Positions 21,381 through 34,300 of a stretch of 64,000 bases of DNA are shown here, in pieces. The stretch spans positions 138,756,001-138,820,000 of the forward strand of contig NC_059428.1 of assembly GCF_021028975.2 (NCBI RefSeq), read 5' to 3'. The stretch comes from Sphaerodactylus townsendi (taxonomy: Eukaryota). Both the position numbers and the translations under genes were made by a program. Under the pieces are notes generated by a model. The model ran no database searches. It saw only the letters and a list, made by a program, of their open reading frames with translations, and had not been told where the DNA came from. The first letter of the stretch is position 1. Each line of letters starts with the position of its first letter.

Positions 21381-24300
21381 TTCCTCTCCCCCTGCGTTCT
21401 CCAGCCTTCCCCTCACAGATATGAAATCCATCAAACTTCTCCCCCACTCCCCAGTTGCCAAGAAGGAAAGCCCAAGGGCAGGCACAGCTCCCCATAGCGG
21501 AGGTTATGGGGAGGCAGGGCATCATAGCTCCCTAGGAGGTCAGGACTCCCACCCCAAGCCCACTGCACTAAGGGGGGAGGACCTCCTTCCAGGCTGTCTC
21601 CAGAGGAAAGAGGCAGAGGTGTATCTGTAGAAAATGGCACCTCCCGCAAACATCTGACACCCATCTTTTAGCTAACTGTACAATACGTGGACCAGCCTCC
21701 TCAGCCGCATGGGCCCACGTATTGTATCCATCAGAAATAGTTTGTATAGATGTGTTTAGATATGAAACAAGTTGCAGAACAAAAATGCAATTTGATGTAT
21801 AATGAAATGTGCACAAGACATACACATGCCTCAACCAGAGAGCATAAAAACCTCTATTTTATGCAGACACTCCAGATATGCCCCTGCAGGAAAAGGATGG
21901 CTGCATGTGAGGAATAGTGAGGGTGGAAATCAGAGCTATGAGACACAAGAGGACAATAAAGAGGGAGGTAAAGACAGAGAACTTCAGCACAGAGGACCAG
22001 AAGATTGATGCTCACGGCAGAGTATGACAAGCAGCCAGCAGAAGAACTCAGGTAGAGAGGCAATATCTGCCAGAGGGACATGGGAGATCAATTGCCCCCA
22101 GGTGCCACCCATTAGATCACTTTTTTTGGGGGGGGGGGGCTGGCAGGCCTGTGGTTGGGAGCCTGCCGCAGGTCTGCCAGGTGCCCCTCGGCCCAGCCCT
22201 GCCAGGCCCGGCTCTGCCAGACTGCCCAGGACCACCGCCACCCTCTTCCGCTGTCTAAGATAAGGTAAGTGCGCAGGGGTGAGGCACCCTGAGCAGGTGT
22301 TGCCCCGGGTGCCATTTCCCCCTGGTATGCCCCTGGTCCCCAGACAGGACTAAAAGGTGACTTTAGATGTTCTGAACTGTTCTGGCAATGCACTTCACTG
22401 GTAAACAATGCAAATTTAAAGGAGTTTGAGAAGTCACTAGAGGGATAGAGACCAATTTTTAAAATAGCACTCACAGAATCCAAGGAACCCTGAGCTGAAT
22501 AGAGGGATCTCTACAAAAGACGTCCTCCTTAGTTTTAGCAGATAGATGCCCATCGGGGCCAGAGTTAGACTGTTTAACAGCCTGACTTTGTATAAGACCC
22601 ATCAGGAAGTGCAGAATTGAACTAGGCTAGAATGAGCGTAGTATTCCCTCAAGAGGAACATGTTTGCAACAAATTGGAACCTGGAGGCAGCTGTCCGTGG
22701 CAACTTTTGCCTTTAGGTGGCCCACTGGCTGAGACACTTAATTGTGTGGCTTACTTTGACCACAGTCACGTACATTCTGGTCACATAGTTATTAAAAAAA
22801 ATGGAAGTGACCTCATCTGCAAATTGCAAGACTGTGCAGCTAGTTAAAAGAAGACAAACCAACCAACGCTGTATTGAAGCAGAAACATTTATAGACATTT
22901 CATCAGATTCCAGTTAGTACTTCTAGCAACTTCTTTGTGCATTTTGTGTCCTTTTAGCCCTGTGATTGACAGCTCCCCACCCCAATAATAGGGAGGGCAC
23001 GTATGTGTCAACTCATACATTTGATGAAGTCTGTGAAAGCAATTGAAAGAAATGTTAAAATGTGGGGTTTTAAGGTGTCCCTGGACTCCAATTTGCCGCA
23101 ACAGACTAAATATGGCTCCCCCTTTGGAACGGAAGGCTCTTGCCCTCGTAGAGGGCTTCTTTAGGAATTGTGGTTCGTGGCAGGAGGGAACTACGATCCC
23201 CAAAAGCCCTTTGCATGAATAATGAGCAGCGACGAGTTCCCTGCCAAGCCTCTTCTGCGCAGCAACTGCACAGGGCTAAGATTCCTAGAAGGAAGAGCGT
23301 CACATTTTGCAGACTGAAGGAAGCTCCATCCTTTCCCCTGGAAACTGGCATCTTTCAAGTGGTGCATTCTTCTCAGGACTGGCTGTTTTGAGGCGTGTGC
23401 ATCTTGGGAATGCTCTTAAGTTGCCAGAGAAGATGAGCAGGTGCCACAGGCAAAGAACCCCCCACTGAAGCCTTGCTTGGCCAGGACTCGCCTAAGCAGT
23501 AAAGGGCTCCCGGGCGAGCTGTCAGCACTCGGGTAGGTGTGCCCTGGGCTCCCTAGGCAGGTGGGCAGCCAGGCTCCTCTTCCACGCAGTGGAGATGAAC
23601 CTGCACCACATGGAAGGACTGGGCCTGCCTGGGACTTGGCTCCAGTCAGCCCACATGCATTCAAATGGCCGGCCCAGCCGCTTCCTGCTAGGCTTGGCTG
23701 CACCTGGGGATGTGCCCTGCCCACGGCAGTGACACTCAGGGTAGGGTGCTTTGTCCTCCTCCTCTGGTGCCAGGGGGCAGGAAAGGGCTCTGTGGGGTCC
23801 AGAAACAGGCCACCACCATTCCCCCTCCCTATGCCTGCTGAGATCCTGGCACCTCCAATCCTGAGGAGAGGTAGGTGGGCAGGCAGTGGCGGCAGCAGAA
23901 CGGATGGCGGCAGGAGATGGAGGCTGGAAAGGTGTAGCCCAGAGGCTGCTTCCTGGGGGGAAGGAAGGGGGTGAGTGGCTGAACACCCCCCCACACCGGA
24001 CCAATTTCAGTGACACCTGGGGCTTGAGCCCCCTTGCATCCCATGGTAGTTCCGCCTCTGGGATGGAGCCTCCGATTTCCTTCCCAGCAGATCTGAAACA
24101 TTCAGGGGATGAACTGAAGGCACTTCAGCTGGGCAAGAGGAGCACCAGCACCGTTTTGGGGTGGGATCTGGCCAGTCCTATCCAAGGGCTGAAAGGATCT
24201 GGATGAGAGGCTCACTTGCCCATCCTGTCACAATCCAGAGCAGGGAACGTGCCTGCCTTTTCGCTGTAGGAAATAGTATCTGAGAGCGCACTACATTCCC

Positions 24301-24624
24301 AATATGACCTCTTTGCTTCATGCAAAATTAACTTGTAGAATTCACCACTACATTAATACATATGTTCTTGGCTTAAAAAGCTTTCAAACAACTTCATGGA
24401 GCCAGGGGCCTCTGTGATAGTCAAATGGAGCTTCCATATTCAGGGGCAGTGTATCTTTGAACGTCAGCAACAGCAGAGTAGGTTGGGCCTTTGTCTCCTG
24501 TTCTCAGACTGCTGCGGGGGGCGCTGGCCACGGGGGATCGGGGTGCCGGATGAAGTGGGCCCTTGATCACACCCAGCACTGCTTCTCTGATGTTCCCAGT
24601 GGCCCCTGGGCATTTTAAAGAGCA

Positions 24625-24845
24625 GGGTATTGTAGTGGTTAAGAGGGCCAGACTAGTATCTGCGAGGCCTGGGTTTGAATCCCCACTCGTGCCATGGAAG
24701 TTCACTGAGTGGCCATGAGCCAGTCATTCTCTCAGCCTAGCTACTTCACAGGGATGTCGTAAGGATAAAACAGAGGAGAGAAAGATGGAAGCTGCTTTGG
24801 GTGATGATTAGGGGAAGAAAGGAAGTGTACAAATTAAAAAAATAA
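24625..24845 (+). mobile_element. Older tRNA-derived SINE
   Basis: A box tagtggttaagag, B box ggtttgaatccc, A-rich tail. Confidence 0.65.
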
Positions 24846-24849
24846 TCCC

Positions 24850-25790
24850 CTCTCAAGCCCAGAGGAGGGATTTCAAGCACTCCTGACAGATGGCTATCCA
24901 GCCCCTTTAAAAACCTCCAAAGAAGGTAGTGCATTTCACCGTCAAACAGCCCTGGCTGTCAGGAAGTTCTTCCTAATGTTTAGGTGGAATCTCTTTTCCT
25001 TCATCTTGAACCCATGACTCGTGTCCTAGTCGCTGGAGCAGCAGAAAACAAGCTTGCTCCCTCACCAACACGACAGCCCTTCAAATATCTAAACATGGAT
25101 ATCATGTCACCTCTTAACCTTCTCTTCACCAAACTAAACATCCCCTGCTCCCTAAGTCTCTCCTCGTAGGGCATGGATTCCAGACCTTTGACCATTTTAG
25201 TTACCCTTCTCTGGACATGTTCCAGCTTGTCAATATCCTTCTTGAATTGCGGTGCCCAGAACTGTACACAATATTCCAGGTGAGGTCTAACCAATGCAGA
25301 ATAGAGAGGTACAATTACATCCCCTGTTCTAGACACTAATCAATATAGCCCAGAATTGCATTGGCTTTCTTGGCTGCCACATCACACTGCCAACTCAAGT
25401 TCAGTTTGTGGTCTAAGACTTCCAGATCCCTTTCGCATGTAGTGTTGTCAAGCCAGGTGTCTGTGCATTTCATTTTTTTCTGCCTAAGTGAAGAGGTGCA
25501 GCGCCAATGGGGTGGGGCGTGATGCCCAGGGTGGAGCCGCAGCAGAGGTGTGGCCAGGCTGCAGGGGGGTGTGGCATGGAATGGGCAGGTGCCACTGCAG
25601 CAGGGGTGCAGGGCATGCGCCCCGGGCAGTTTCCCCCTGGCTCCGCCTCTGCCTAAGTGTAGTATCTTACATTTATCTCTGTTGAAAATAATTTTGTTTG
25701 TTTTGGCCCAGCTCGCTAATCTGTCCAGGTCATTTTGAATTCTGACTCTGTCCTCTGGGGTATTAGGAGCTACCCCTAATTTAAGGGATT
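24850..25790 (-). mobile_element. CR1 LINE, 5'-truncated, degenerate RT C-terminal region
   Basis: IQNDLDRLASWAKTNKIIFNRDKCKILHLG...CERDLEV...QCDVAAKKANAILG...[35 protein letters not shown] are hallmark CR1 ORF2 motifs, with frameshifts. Confidence 0.92.
25491..25651. mobile_element. GC-rich hAT MITE nested in CR1
   Basis: Perfect 8-bp TSD CCTAAGTG (25483-90, 25652-59); TIR aagaggtgcagc/gctccgcctctg. Confidence 0.85.
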
Positions 25791-26469
25791 TAACGATGCC
25801 CTCCAAAATCCATACAGATGAGAAAAACAGGATTTGGGAGTGGGGGCGGGGGGCAGAATGGCTGGCCTTCTGGCCTTGCTGCATTCTCAGGCAAGAGGAA
25901 ACAAGGGATCTGAGAGTTTCAGAGCATCAAGGACTCCCCCAAAGCCAAGGCCAAAAGCACCTGGCAAGAATGTCTCAAAGAGAGCTAAGCAGAAGCCTCC
26001 AGCGCCCACTAGTGGCGGAAGAAGTCCACTGCTGCCTCCTGGAAGCCAGATCGGAAACCCTCATTCCACTGTAGGTTACCAGGCGCCATGTGTGGATTCT
26101 CTAACTTTAGAGGTCAATGCCCAGAACCAGCTTGGGAGAATTAAGCCTAGGCTACCTTGGGCAACTGACACGTTCACCCCTCAGGGGTGAGCTCAACATG
26201 TGATTTTGAGATCTGTACACCAGGATAGTGGGCAGGCAGAGTCAAAATGCCTCCAATTAGCAACAGAACAGCCAGATCTTTTCCAAATCAATTTTTAGAA
26301 TTTGAAAGTGGGGACTGAAAAGGTAACAAAAGCATAAGAACAGCACAATTGTTGGGATCAGAAGTTCCATGGGGGAAGGGGAGAGGGCCGAGTCTCTGGC
26401 TGGGTGGGAATTCTGCCTTTTGGGGAGCCCGGGGGGGGGGGGAATTTAACCAAGGAGAAAGGGGAGCTA

Positions 26470-26661
26470 GGGTCTTGTGGGTTTTCCAGGTTGTATGGCC
26501 ATGCCCTAGCAGCATTTTCTCTTGATGTTTTGCCTGGATCTGTGGCTGGCATCCTCATGCAAGCAAAACATCAGGAGAAAATGCTACTGGAACACAACCG
26601 TACAACCCGGAAAACCCACAACACCCTCGTGATTCCAGCCATGAAAGCCTTCGACAGTACA
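26470..26661. mobile_element. Penelope-like foldback copy
   Basis: Same family as 10538-10760. Confidence 0.65.
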
Positions 26662-26901
26662 CAGACAGGGGAGCTTTTAGGAGGACCGGAGTGGACAAAG
26701 AGGGTGTTTACCTGTCCTCAAGTCTGCCGAGCGGGATAGAGTCGTAGTCTGTGTCAATACCTGAGAGATTCCGTGCAGAGGACACCTGCTGCTGTGTGGC
26801 AATAAAATGTCCCGAGGTCCTGGAGAAGAAAACCCCTGGCCAGCCTCTCGGCCACTGGAGGAGGGGTGAGATGGCACAATTTTGGCTTACAAGACTGTGG
26901 T

Positions 26902-27185
26902 AGAAGAGTTGGATTTATATCCCCCCTTTCTCTCCTGTATGAGAATCAAAGGGGCTTACAATCTCCTTTCCCCTCCCTCCCACAACAAACACCCTGTGAG
27001 GTGGGTGGGGCCGAGAGAGCTCCGAAGAACTGGGACAAGCCCAAGGTCACCCAGCTGGCATGTGTTGGAGTGCACAAGCTAATCTAGTTCACCAGATAAG
27101 CCTCCACAGCTCAAATGGCAGAGCAGGGAATCAAACCTGGTTCTCCAGATTAGAGTGCACCTGCTCTTGACCACTGCACCATTGT
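26902..27185 (-). mobile_element. tRNA-derived SINE
   Basis: Same family as 12397-12720; additional head fragment at ~27360-27430. Confidence 0.8.
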
Positions 27186-27490
27186 AGTGACAGGGACCCA
27201 TTCAAAAGAAGAGGGAAGGAGAGTCAGTGGGTCTCCTGACTGTGACTGAGTGCGCAGTGGGGGCTTCCCACTAGGCAGAGTGGTGGGCAAAAGGGCTGGC
27301 AGCAGGGTGGGGGGGAGCCATTCTGACAAGATCAGTAAAAACAATGGGGTCCACCTGGCTGCTTGAGTGGGGAATCAAATCTGGTTCTCCAGATTAAAGT
27401 ACACCTGCTCTTAACCGCTACACCACACTAGTTCTCCGCATAGGCGCAGCTGGGTGCCTGGCTTTGTAAGCCCCCTGAGGATGCAGAGAT

Positions 27491-28196
27491 TTTAAGATTA
27501 TTTCTAGGGGAAGGATGACACTGTATAAAAATGTTAACCCTAAGATGAAATCAAGTTATTGAGAATCGGTATACTGAGGAAGAAACCTTTGAAAACGCAT
27601 TCAGACGCGTGGTGCGATTCTATACCGGATTCTCAGTTTTAATGTACCATCGATGTATGGACTCAAGACACAGGATACACTAGCTCTGTTGTGAAGTTCC
27701 ATTTAGGAATCACATAAAATGGAAACATCAAATTTCCCTTGGAATTGAACATTGTACAGTCTCATATGGACTTATGAACATTTGCTTTACAATATATGTG
27801 ATGAGAATCTGTGAAGTTCCATTTGGGAACCACATAAAAAATGGAAATGTAAAAATTTCTTGGAACTCATCAATTTGAAGTCTCATATGGACTTTTGAAT
27901 ATACACTTTACAAATGAAATGATGAAGATTGTACATTGATTTGTTTTATTGACACTGGCATGTAAATGTATTGCACTTTATTACTTTCATCAATAGGTTA
28001 TTAGAATAGGGTTAGAATTGAAATAATTGTGTTAATATTTATATGAAAAATATTTGAAAAAATAATTTTGTACAAATGTTGTTGGAATGATTTATTACAA
28101 TTGTCATATATACATAAGTCCAAGTTAGTGTGCCAATTTGATTTGTTCATTCCTGTCATATTATACTTGGCACGCTAGTTTCAATCTTGTTTGCTT
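27491..28196 (+). mobile_element. AT-rich non-coding retroelement carrying the hammerhead (Penelope-like pLTR / retrozyme-like)
   Basis: Sharp AT-rich island flanked by gatgcagagat (27480-90) / gatgcaaagat (28197-207); internal ~120-bp tandem duplication; 3' hairpin; no ORF. Confidence 0.55.
27560..27635 (+). ncRNA. Type I hammerhead ribozyme motif
   Basis: Stem I tgagaatcggtata(27560-73)/tataccggattctca(27621-35), 14 bp with 1 bulge; core CUGAGGA 27574-80; short stem II 27581-90; GAAA 27591-94; stem III a-cgca...ugcg(a)u; cleavage triplet UUC ending at 27620. Confidence 0.7.
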
Positions 28197-29399
28197 GATG
28201 CAAAGATCTCATCAGTGAATCAGTTTCCCACCCAAGAGTTTGGCCACTGAGGAGACCCTCATGCCCCCCCCCCAGCAAATAATTGCTAGCTCCCTAAAAT
28301 GGCTTTCAAAAGGATTTCTCCCAAGACGGAGTCACAGCGAATAGAACACCTGTAGGGAAGGGTGACAGCTAAGGGAGTGGAGTGCTACCTCGCAGGGCCG
28401 TTGCAGAGGAGAAAGGAAGATCATCACATTTGCACTCCTTCAAGTAAATTAGTTTCATTTGTTTTATGCACACTGAGCGCAGGTCTCAAAGCACCAGCTC
28501 GCCAGAAGGAAGAGGCAAGCCCCACCCCTGTGCTGCCCTGGTCAAGTCCAGCACTTGGGGGCCGGACTGGGAAAGGGAAGTCAGAGGGCCAATCGGATTC
28601 CAGGGATCTATCGAGAAGGGGGCTGTTTTTACAGGCACCAGTGAAGCAGCAGCACAGGGGGATGCAGAAGCACACAACTTGAGCCGGGCTGCACCCAAGA
28701 AAGGAGGATACTTGTGGGGCAGCCACCCCATGGCCAGGCCCTCTGGAATGGCAATGGGCTCCACACCCAGTCACAGTGACCCGTTGACTTCGGCAAGAGT
28801 CCCGTGGCCCTGCAATGTTTGGGTTGGTCCTCAGAGAGGGGCCTGAACCTTTTTCAGTTTGTTGAGTTCATCCGTAGGTCAATAAAACATTCTGCTCTTG
28901 TTTTGTCTCAGTGGTCAGCCCAGTGCTCTGAGTACACCCACTGCTCCAGGCCAAATCCCAGCTATCCACCAGCAGAGGTTGGCAAAGATTCTTCCGTGCC
29001 CAAGACTGTGGCAAGTAGCCAAGGGGGAAGAAGGGCCCTGCTCTGCCAGGGGACAATGCTGGATGGAGTCAGCCAAGCAAGGGACCCTTTCCCTACAATG
29101 CCTCCCAAGGGACTTGCTGCCCTCCATCCACTAGGTAATATTGCCCAGCCTGGCATCTGGCTCATGCACCTGCTGCCTGTTCAGCTTCGCCTGTGTTACT
29201 GCAAGCACCTGGGCATTTTCATTTTCTCTCTACCTGCCTCGCAAGCGTGCTTCAGGTTTCCCTACATGCTGAAGGGATTCATTCGGCCACAGGAGGAAAG
29301 AAGCAGGGGTGCCACCTCCGGTCCTGGAGCCATGGCAAGAACTGACCAGGGCGATGCACAGTCCACCTCTCCCGCGTTTTGCACCCAGGCCCTCCAGCT

Positions 29400-31350
29400 T
29401 CTGTTGCAAGCAAGGCCCCACTTCCGGACGGAGGCCCTCCAGGGAAGGACTTTCCCCAGCGAAGCCGGCTCTGTGAAGCGGCCGGACTGGGGCAGGGGGC
29501 GGCCGAGGGGGCCGTGCCCGCCAGCCGCACCCGGAGCCGCCTGTCTCAGCAAGCCGCCCACCGGGGCCCCGTTCCCAACCGCCCGCCTCGGAACCCACCG
29601 GGCGGCCCTGGAGGGGGCTGTGGCCGCCTGGCCTTGAGTGGGTCAGCTGAGCCGCCAGCTGGGGATGGCCGGAAGGGGGGGCGCTTCCTTCGCAGCCACG
29701 CCGGGCAGGGAGGCTCCCCCGTGGGCCCCGTTCAGGAATGCATCTCCGCCCCGGGCCTCCCGCGCCCCCCTCTCCCCCCTCCGGAAGGGCCACTGCCCAC
29801 GCGCGCCTGCACCCACGCCGGACAGACGGGCAGCGCCCTGTCCTTCCTGGGCTCCTTTCTCCTTCCCATTATGTGCCCCCCCTCCCGCGGCAGGAGGCTC
29901 CTCGGCGCCCCCGGGACAAAAGCTGGCCTACTCCACGCATGCGCGCCGCTCTCCCCCGGGCCAGCCGCCAGCGGGGCGCGCATCCCCCCCCCCTCGCTCG
30001 TTCGCTGGCCGATGCGGTCGGCTGCCCAGCCGTCCCGTCCCCCGCCTCGCCGCTCTACCCGCCCTCCTCCTCGGGAGCGCAAGAGCCCCACGCGGGACCC
30101 TCCCCCGGGGATCCCCAAACAGCAACACAGGCGGTGTGTTGTTGGGGGGGGGGGGGCTTGCTGCCCCTGCCCAGAGGACTCCGGCGGGGGGGGGCGGGAA
30201 AGGGGCCAGGGCTGCGCGCCCGTTGTCCCGGCCCGGCCCAGGAAGGGGGCGGGCAGGCAGGCGTTGGGCACCGCCCCTGGCCGCGGGTAGGTGGGGGGAG
30301 ACGGAGACGCGGGCACCGCCTCCTCCTCCTCCCCCCCCCCCCACGCCAGCGCTGGCCCGGGAGAAGGGCTGGGGCGGAGGCCGCGCGGCTGGCGGTGGCC
30401 ACTCTCCCGCGGAGCCGCGAGCGCGCCGGCCCACAAGCGCGCCCCCCGCCCCCCACCTCGCCGGGCGGCGCCCCTCGCCCCCGCGTCTCGCCCGCCTGCT
30501 CGCGCTCCGGAGGCGCAGATGCGGCGCTGCGGAGGGCCGCCCCGTCGGAGCCGCAGCGGCTGGCCGGGCGCCTCGCCCCCCGCTGCCGCCGCTCGCCCCC
30601 CGCCGTCACCGCCGCTGCTCCCCCCGCTATGAACCGCCTTCCGAACGACCCGGGAGAAAAGCCCGCCGGACGCCGCCCGGCCACGACGACGCCCCGGTAA
30701 GGACTGCGCACGGCTACGGGGGAGGGGGGACTGCCGGGTGTCCCCCCTCGACGAAGGCAAGGTGCCGCCCCTTCTGCCCGCTCGCTTCCGCTCGCGGGGG
30801 GGGGGGGGCTCCTACGCCAGCCGGTGGTTCGGCCAGCACTATAAGACCGCGGGGAGGGGGGGAGGAGGGTCGGCTGTCTCCCCTTGAGCCCCCCTCCGAC
30901 TCTGCCGTTTGCCACGCGAGGAGACCCGCTCTAGGTTGCCGGGAGTGATGGGGCTCTGAACATGTGCAGAGCGCCCGGGGCTCAGCCGCCCTAGCCTGAA
31001 GGGTGCAGGCCTGAACCCCCACCCCCCGGGATGGGAGAGGCGAGCGCCTGCGGGTCCGAGCGTCCGGCCACCGACACGGGATTCCTCTGGCCTCCAGTCC
31101 CGGTTTAGCTTCGGAAGGGAGCCCCGTGGTCAGGTGCGCCGCGATCCACGAGGCCGTCGCCGTCCTCATACGGAAGGGCCGGCCGGCCGCCGAACCCCCC
31201 ACCCCCACCCCCACCCCCCACCCCCATCCCGCCAGCTGCGGGCGCGCTTTGCTCGTGCAGGATGAACGTGTGAAGCGGCCCTTCAGGGGACTAACGGGAG
31301 GGCGGCCCCGCTTTCCCTCGCCAGAGGGCGCTGTGGACGTCTCGCGGTAT
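29400..31350 (+). promoter_or_regulatory. GLIS2 CpG island / promoter with putative first exon ending at 30696
   Basis: CpG-dense island ~8 kb upstream of the GLIS2 ATG; donor CCG|gtaagg at 30696/30697. Confidence 0.65.
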
Positions 31351-34300
31351 TGTTCATCTGTCTGGGGGGGGGGGAAGCTTCCTGTGAAATGCCGCCCCCT
31401 CCCCATCGGCTCTGCAGAGGAGAATCCTGTCCAGCGGGCTCCTGAAGGCGGCCGGTGGGAGCTGCTGGTGGGGGGGGGGGAGGGGGCTGCCGCTGCCTGG
31501 CTCGCTCCCTCCCCCCCCCCCCGCCGCTGGGGGGCGGGAACTTGGAAGAGAAACGGATTCTCCTCTGTGCTGTGACCTTTGAGCCCCCGGCGTGGCGGAG
31601 CAGCCCACAGGCCACGCCGGCCACCCCCCTGCAGGCAGGACAGGGCACACTTAGCTGACCTAAGGGGCGGGGGGGCTGGTGCAACACTTAGACTGGGGGC
31701 TCCTGCTGGCATGTGCTGGGGGTGCCAGCAGACAGGCACATGGGGAAAGGGGCTCTTTGGGAGGCCCACGCGTGGCATCTGGCACTGAAGGGGGGCTCCA
31801 CTGGGCCCCTCCTCACCCATAAGTGCCTCCCATCCCTCTTCACAACCTCTGAAGCTGCTGGCAGTGAGTGCTGTGCGTTCTATTGTGGAAGTCAGAGCTC
31901 TTCCTGTTTTTTGGGGCAACCTCAAATGAGGGGGGTACCCCCCACACAAGCATCATCTGACAGCCCTCTGTGTCGCCCCCCCCCCCTTGAACGGAAAATC
32001 TGGCTGCAAGGCCTCCACTGTTGTGTGTGTGGGGGGGGGGGTAGGGAGGAGACGGTTTCAGAGTTTTTCTGTTGTGTCTGCGGCCTCATTTGCCCTGCAG
32101 GGAGTGGCTTGCAACTGTGGCCACTGCCACCGAAGCGAAATGAGCTCCGCTGCCCCGGGGGATCAGCTGGGCATCTTTCTTGCTGCACTCATGGGCAGGG
32201 CCTTCATGTGACTTCAGGTCTGCCCTGGCCCTCCGCGCTGGCCTCCCCAGAGCTCCATCTGGCTGCTTGTTGACAGTCAGCAGAAGAGAGGGCGTCTCTG
32301 TTCCTATAATGTGGAGAAAAAGTCACCCACCCTTGCCCCCTGCTGACTTCTGAGACTCTCTTTTGGCGGGTGGGGAGAGGTGGGATTTCCCAGGTGCCCC
32401 CACCCCCATTCCAGGCCCAGCAATCTGCTGCTTCCTGTTGTTCTGGGGCAGGGCAGCGTTTGGGAGTGGGCTGCTCCCTCTGGGGCCGCCTGCAATTCTC
32501 CAGAGCGCTGCTGTTGGGATGGCTGTCCATATGCGGGAGGGACTTGGGTGGGCCTGGCCCTCTTCGCAGGAGTGTGCGTGGCCAAGACCCAGGGGGCAAC
32601 CACTGGCCTGGTGCTTGCATGCCCCCCCCCCGCTCCCCCTGGGCAATCAGTTCTGTGCCTCCCCCCCCCCCCTTATTTCTGGCTGGCTTGGCCTCCCAGC
32701 TGCGCCTCTGCAGACAGCCTGGGGCCGGGCAGCCTCCCTTTGGCGTCTGCCCAGGTGGAATGCTTGGGATACCGCTGGCTCACGCTGCCTGGAGGCGGAG
32801 CGAGACAGGCACGGGGGGGGGGGGTGTGTGTGCAGGTGCTGGGGGGGGGGAGTCATGCCTTTGGTGTCCAGAACAGTCCGGCCCTCCTCTTGGTCCTTCC
32901 AAGCGGCCGTCTGATGCCCCTTACCTCCCCCCCCCCCCCGCAGGGCCCTCTTTTAGGACCACGCCATGAGTCACTGCTGCTTCCCAGTAGGTTTATTTTG
33001 CTCTCCTGGCTCTCCCCAGGAGCAGCTTCAACCGTATCTTCTTTGTAAAAAATCCCCCCCCCCCAGCCCGCCTGCGCACAAGCTCAAGTCTGGTGTCCAC
33101 GGAGTTAGAGCAGCCTGGGAGCCGGGGCGGGGCTCCTGAGATGACACTTACTTGCCCCACCTCACGTGGTGGCATCAGGGAGGGCAAGGCGTGGTGGCCT
33201 GGTGGTTGGGGCAGAAAGCGGGGGGAGCGGGGTCAGTAGACTGCTGCAGGGGCAAGACTGGTACAGCAGGAAGGGGGCGCTGCCTCCTGTACTTCTGGTG
33301 AGGGGAGGCGCACTCGGGGGTCCCCCAAATGGCTCCTGCGTCCCTTCAACCACCTTGGCTTCTGTTTGGGGCCACAGAGTGGTTGGGCCACTGCTGGTTT
33401 TGGGGGGGGGTGTTTAGAGTGGAGGCAGAAGATGCCACCTCAGCTAGTTTGTCTGCAGACACCCCCCCCCCGACTTTTAGGTCTGTGCACCTGTCCCTTC
33501 GACCCCCCCAAAACCTGCCAGTGGTTGTTGAAGCCGCTTGCTTGGAAGGAGGTGAGTCTCTTCCTCCTGGCCTGGCCAACCGGCTGGGGCAGACATGGGG
33601 CTCATGTCCAGCAGGTTCCTTCTCAGGGCTGCCCCCCCTCCCCACTAAGCTGCCCTCCCTCTTTGTCCACTTGTCATGGAGGACGCAGACGGAGATTTCT
33701 GCCTGGCCCTGGGACCCTGCGTGGTGTGACGATGCCCCAGATGGATGCCACCTGGCCAAGGCCCCATGAGGGGGTGGCAGGACCTTCAGGGGAAGGGGCT
33801 GGACTGATGTGGGGGAGCCCGAGCCCTTCAGCCACTGCATCCCAGCTGGGTCACAAGCTGGCGACGCGCTCCCTTGGTAGTCTTGCCCAGGCAGTGGGTA
33901 GCATTTGGCAGGTTGTCATCACATGACCTGAAGGTGCTCCCCCCCTACTGGGATCAGTGAGGGTCGGTGCAAGATGGCTGGGGGGGGGGAGCTCATGTGC
34001 TTTGGGCCAGCTGAGCCTGGGCTTGATCGTTCCAGCACTGCCTTTCCCCCTTAGCTCCTCTTGCTGCTGGGGGAGGACTGTCCTTCCCCAGCCAAGGCCC
34101 CTCCCAGCAACATCCCATTTCTGCAGGCCAGGGAGGCCTCTTTACCACCACCACCACCCCCCCTCCCCGCAGCTGGCTCTCGCTGGCTCTTCCGGTTCCT
34201 CTGGATTCTAGGGAGGCGTTCCCAGGAATGCTTTGCTCTGGGGCCAGTTTGGTTTGGCAGCTGCAGCCGTTGCCTCCGCTGCCGCCGAGGCAGAGCTGCT

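Noticed and set aside
21780-23110. AT-richer segment possibly encoding a gene
   Set aside because: Only short broken ORFs with no splice pattern; likely old LINE and DNA-transposon debris that I could not classify reliably
29379-31949. ORFs of 286-436 aa at the GLIS2 promoter
   Set aside because: Same GC-rich artefact, open in nearly all six frames
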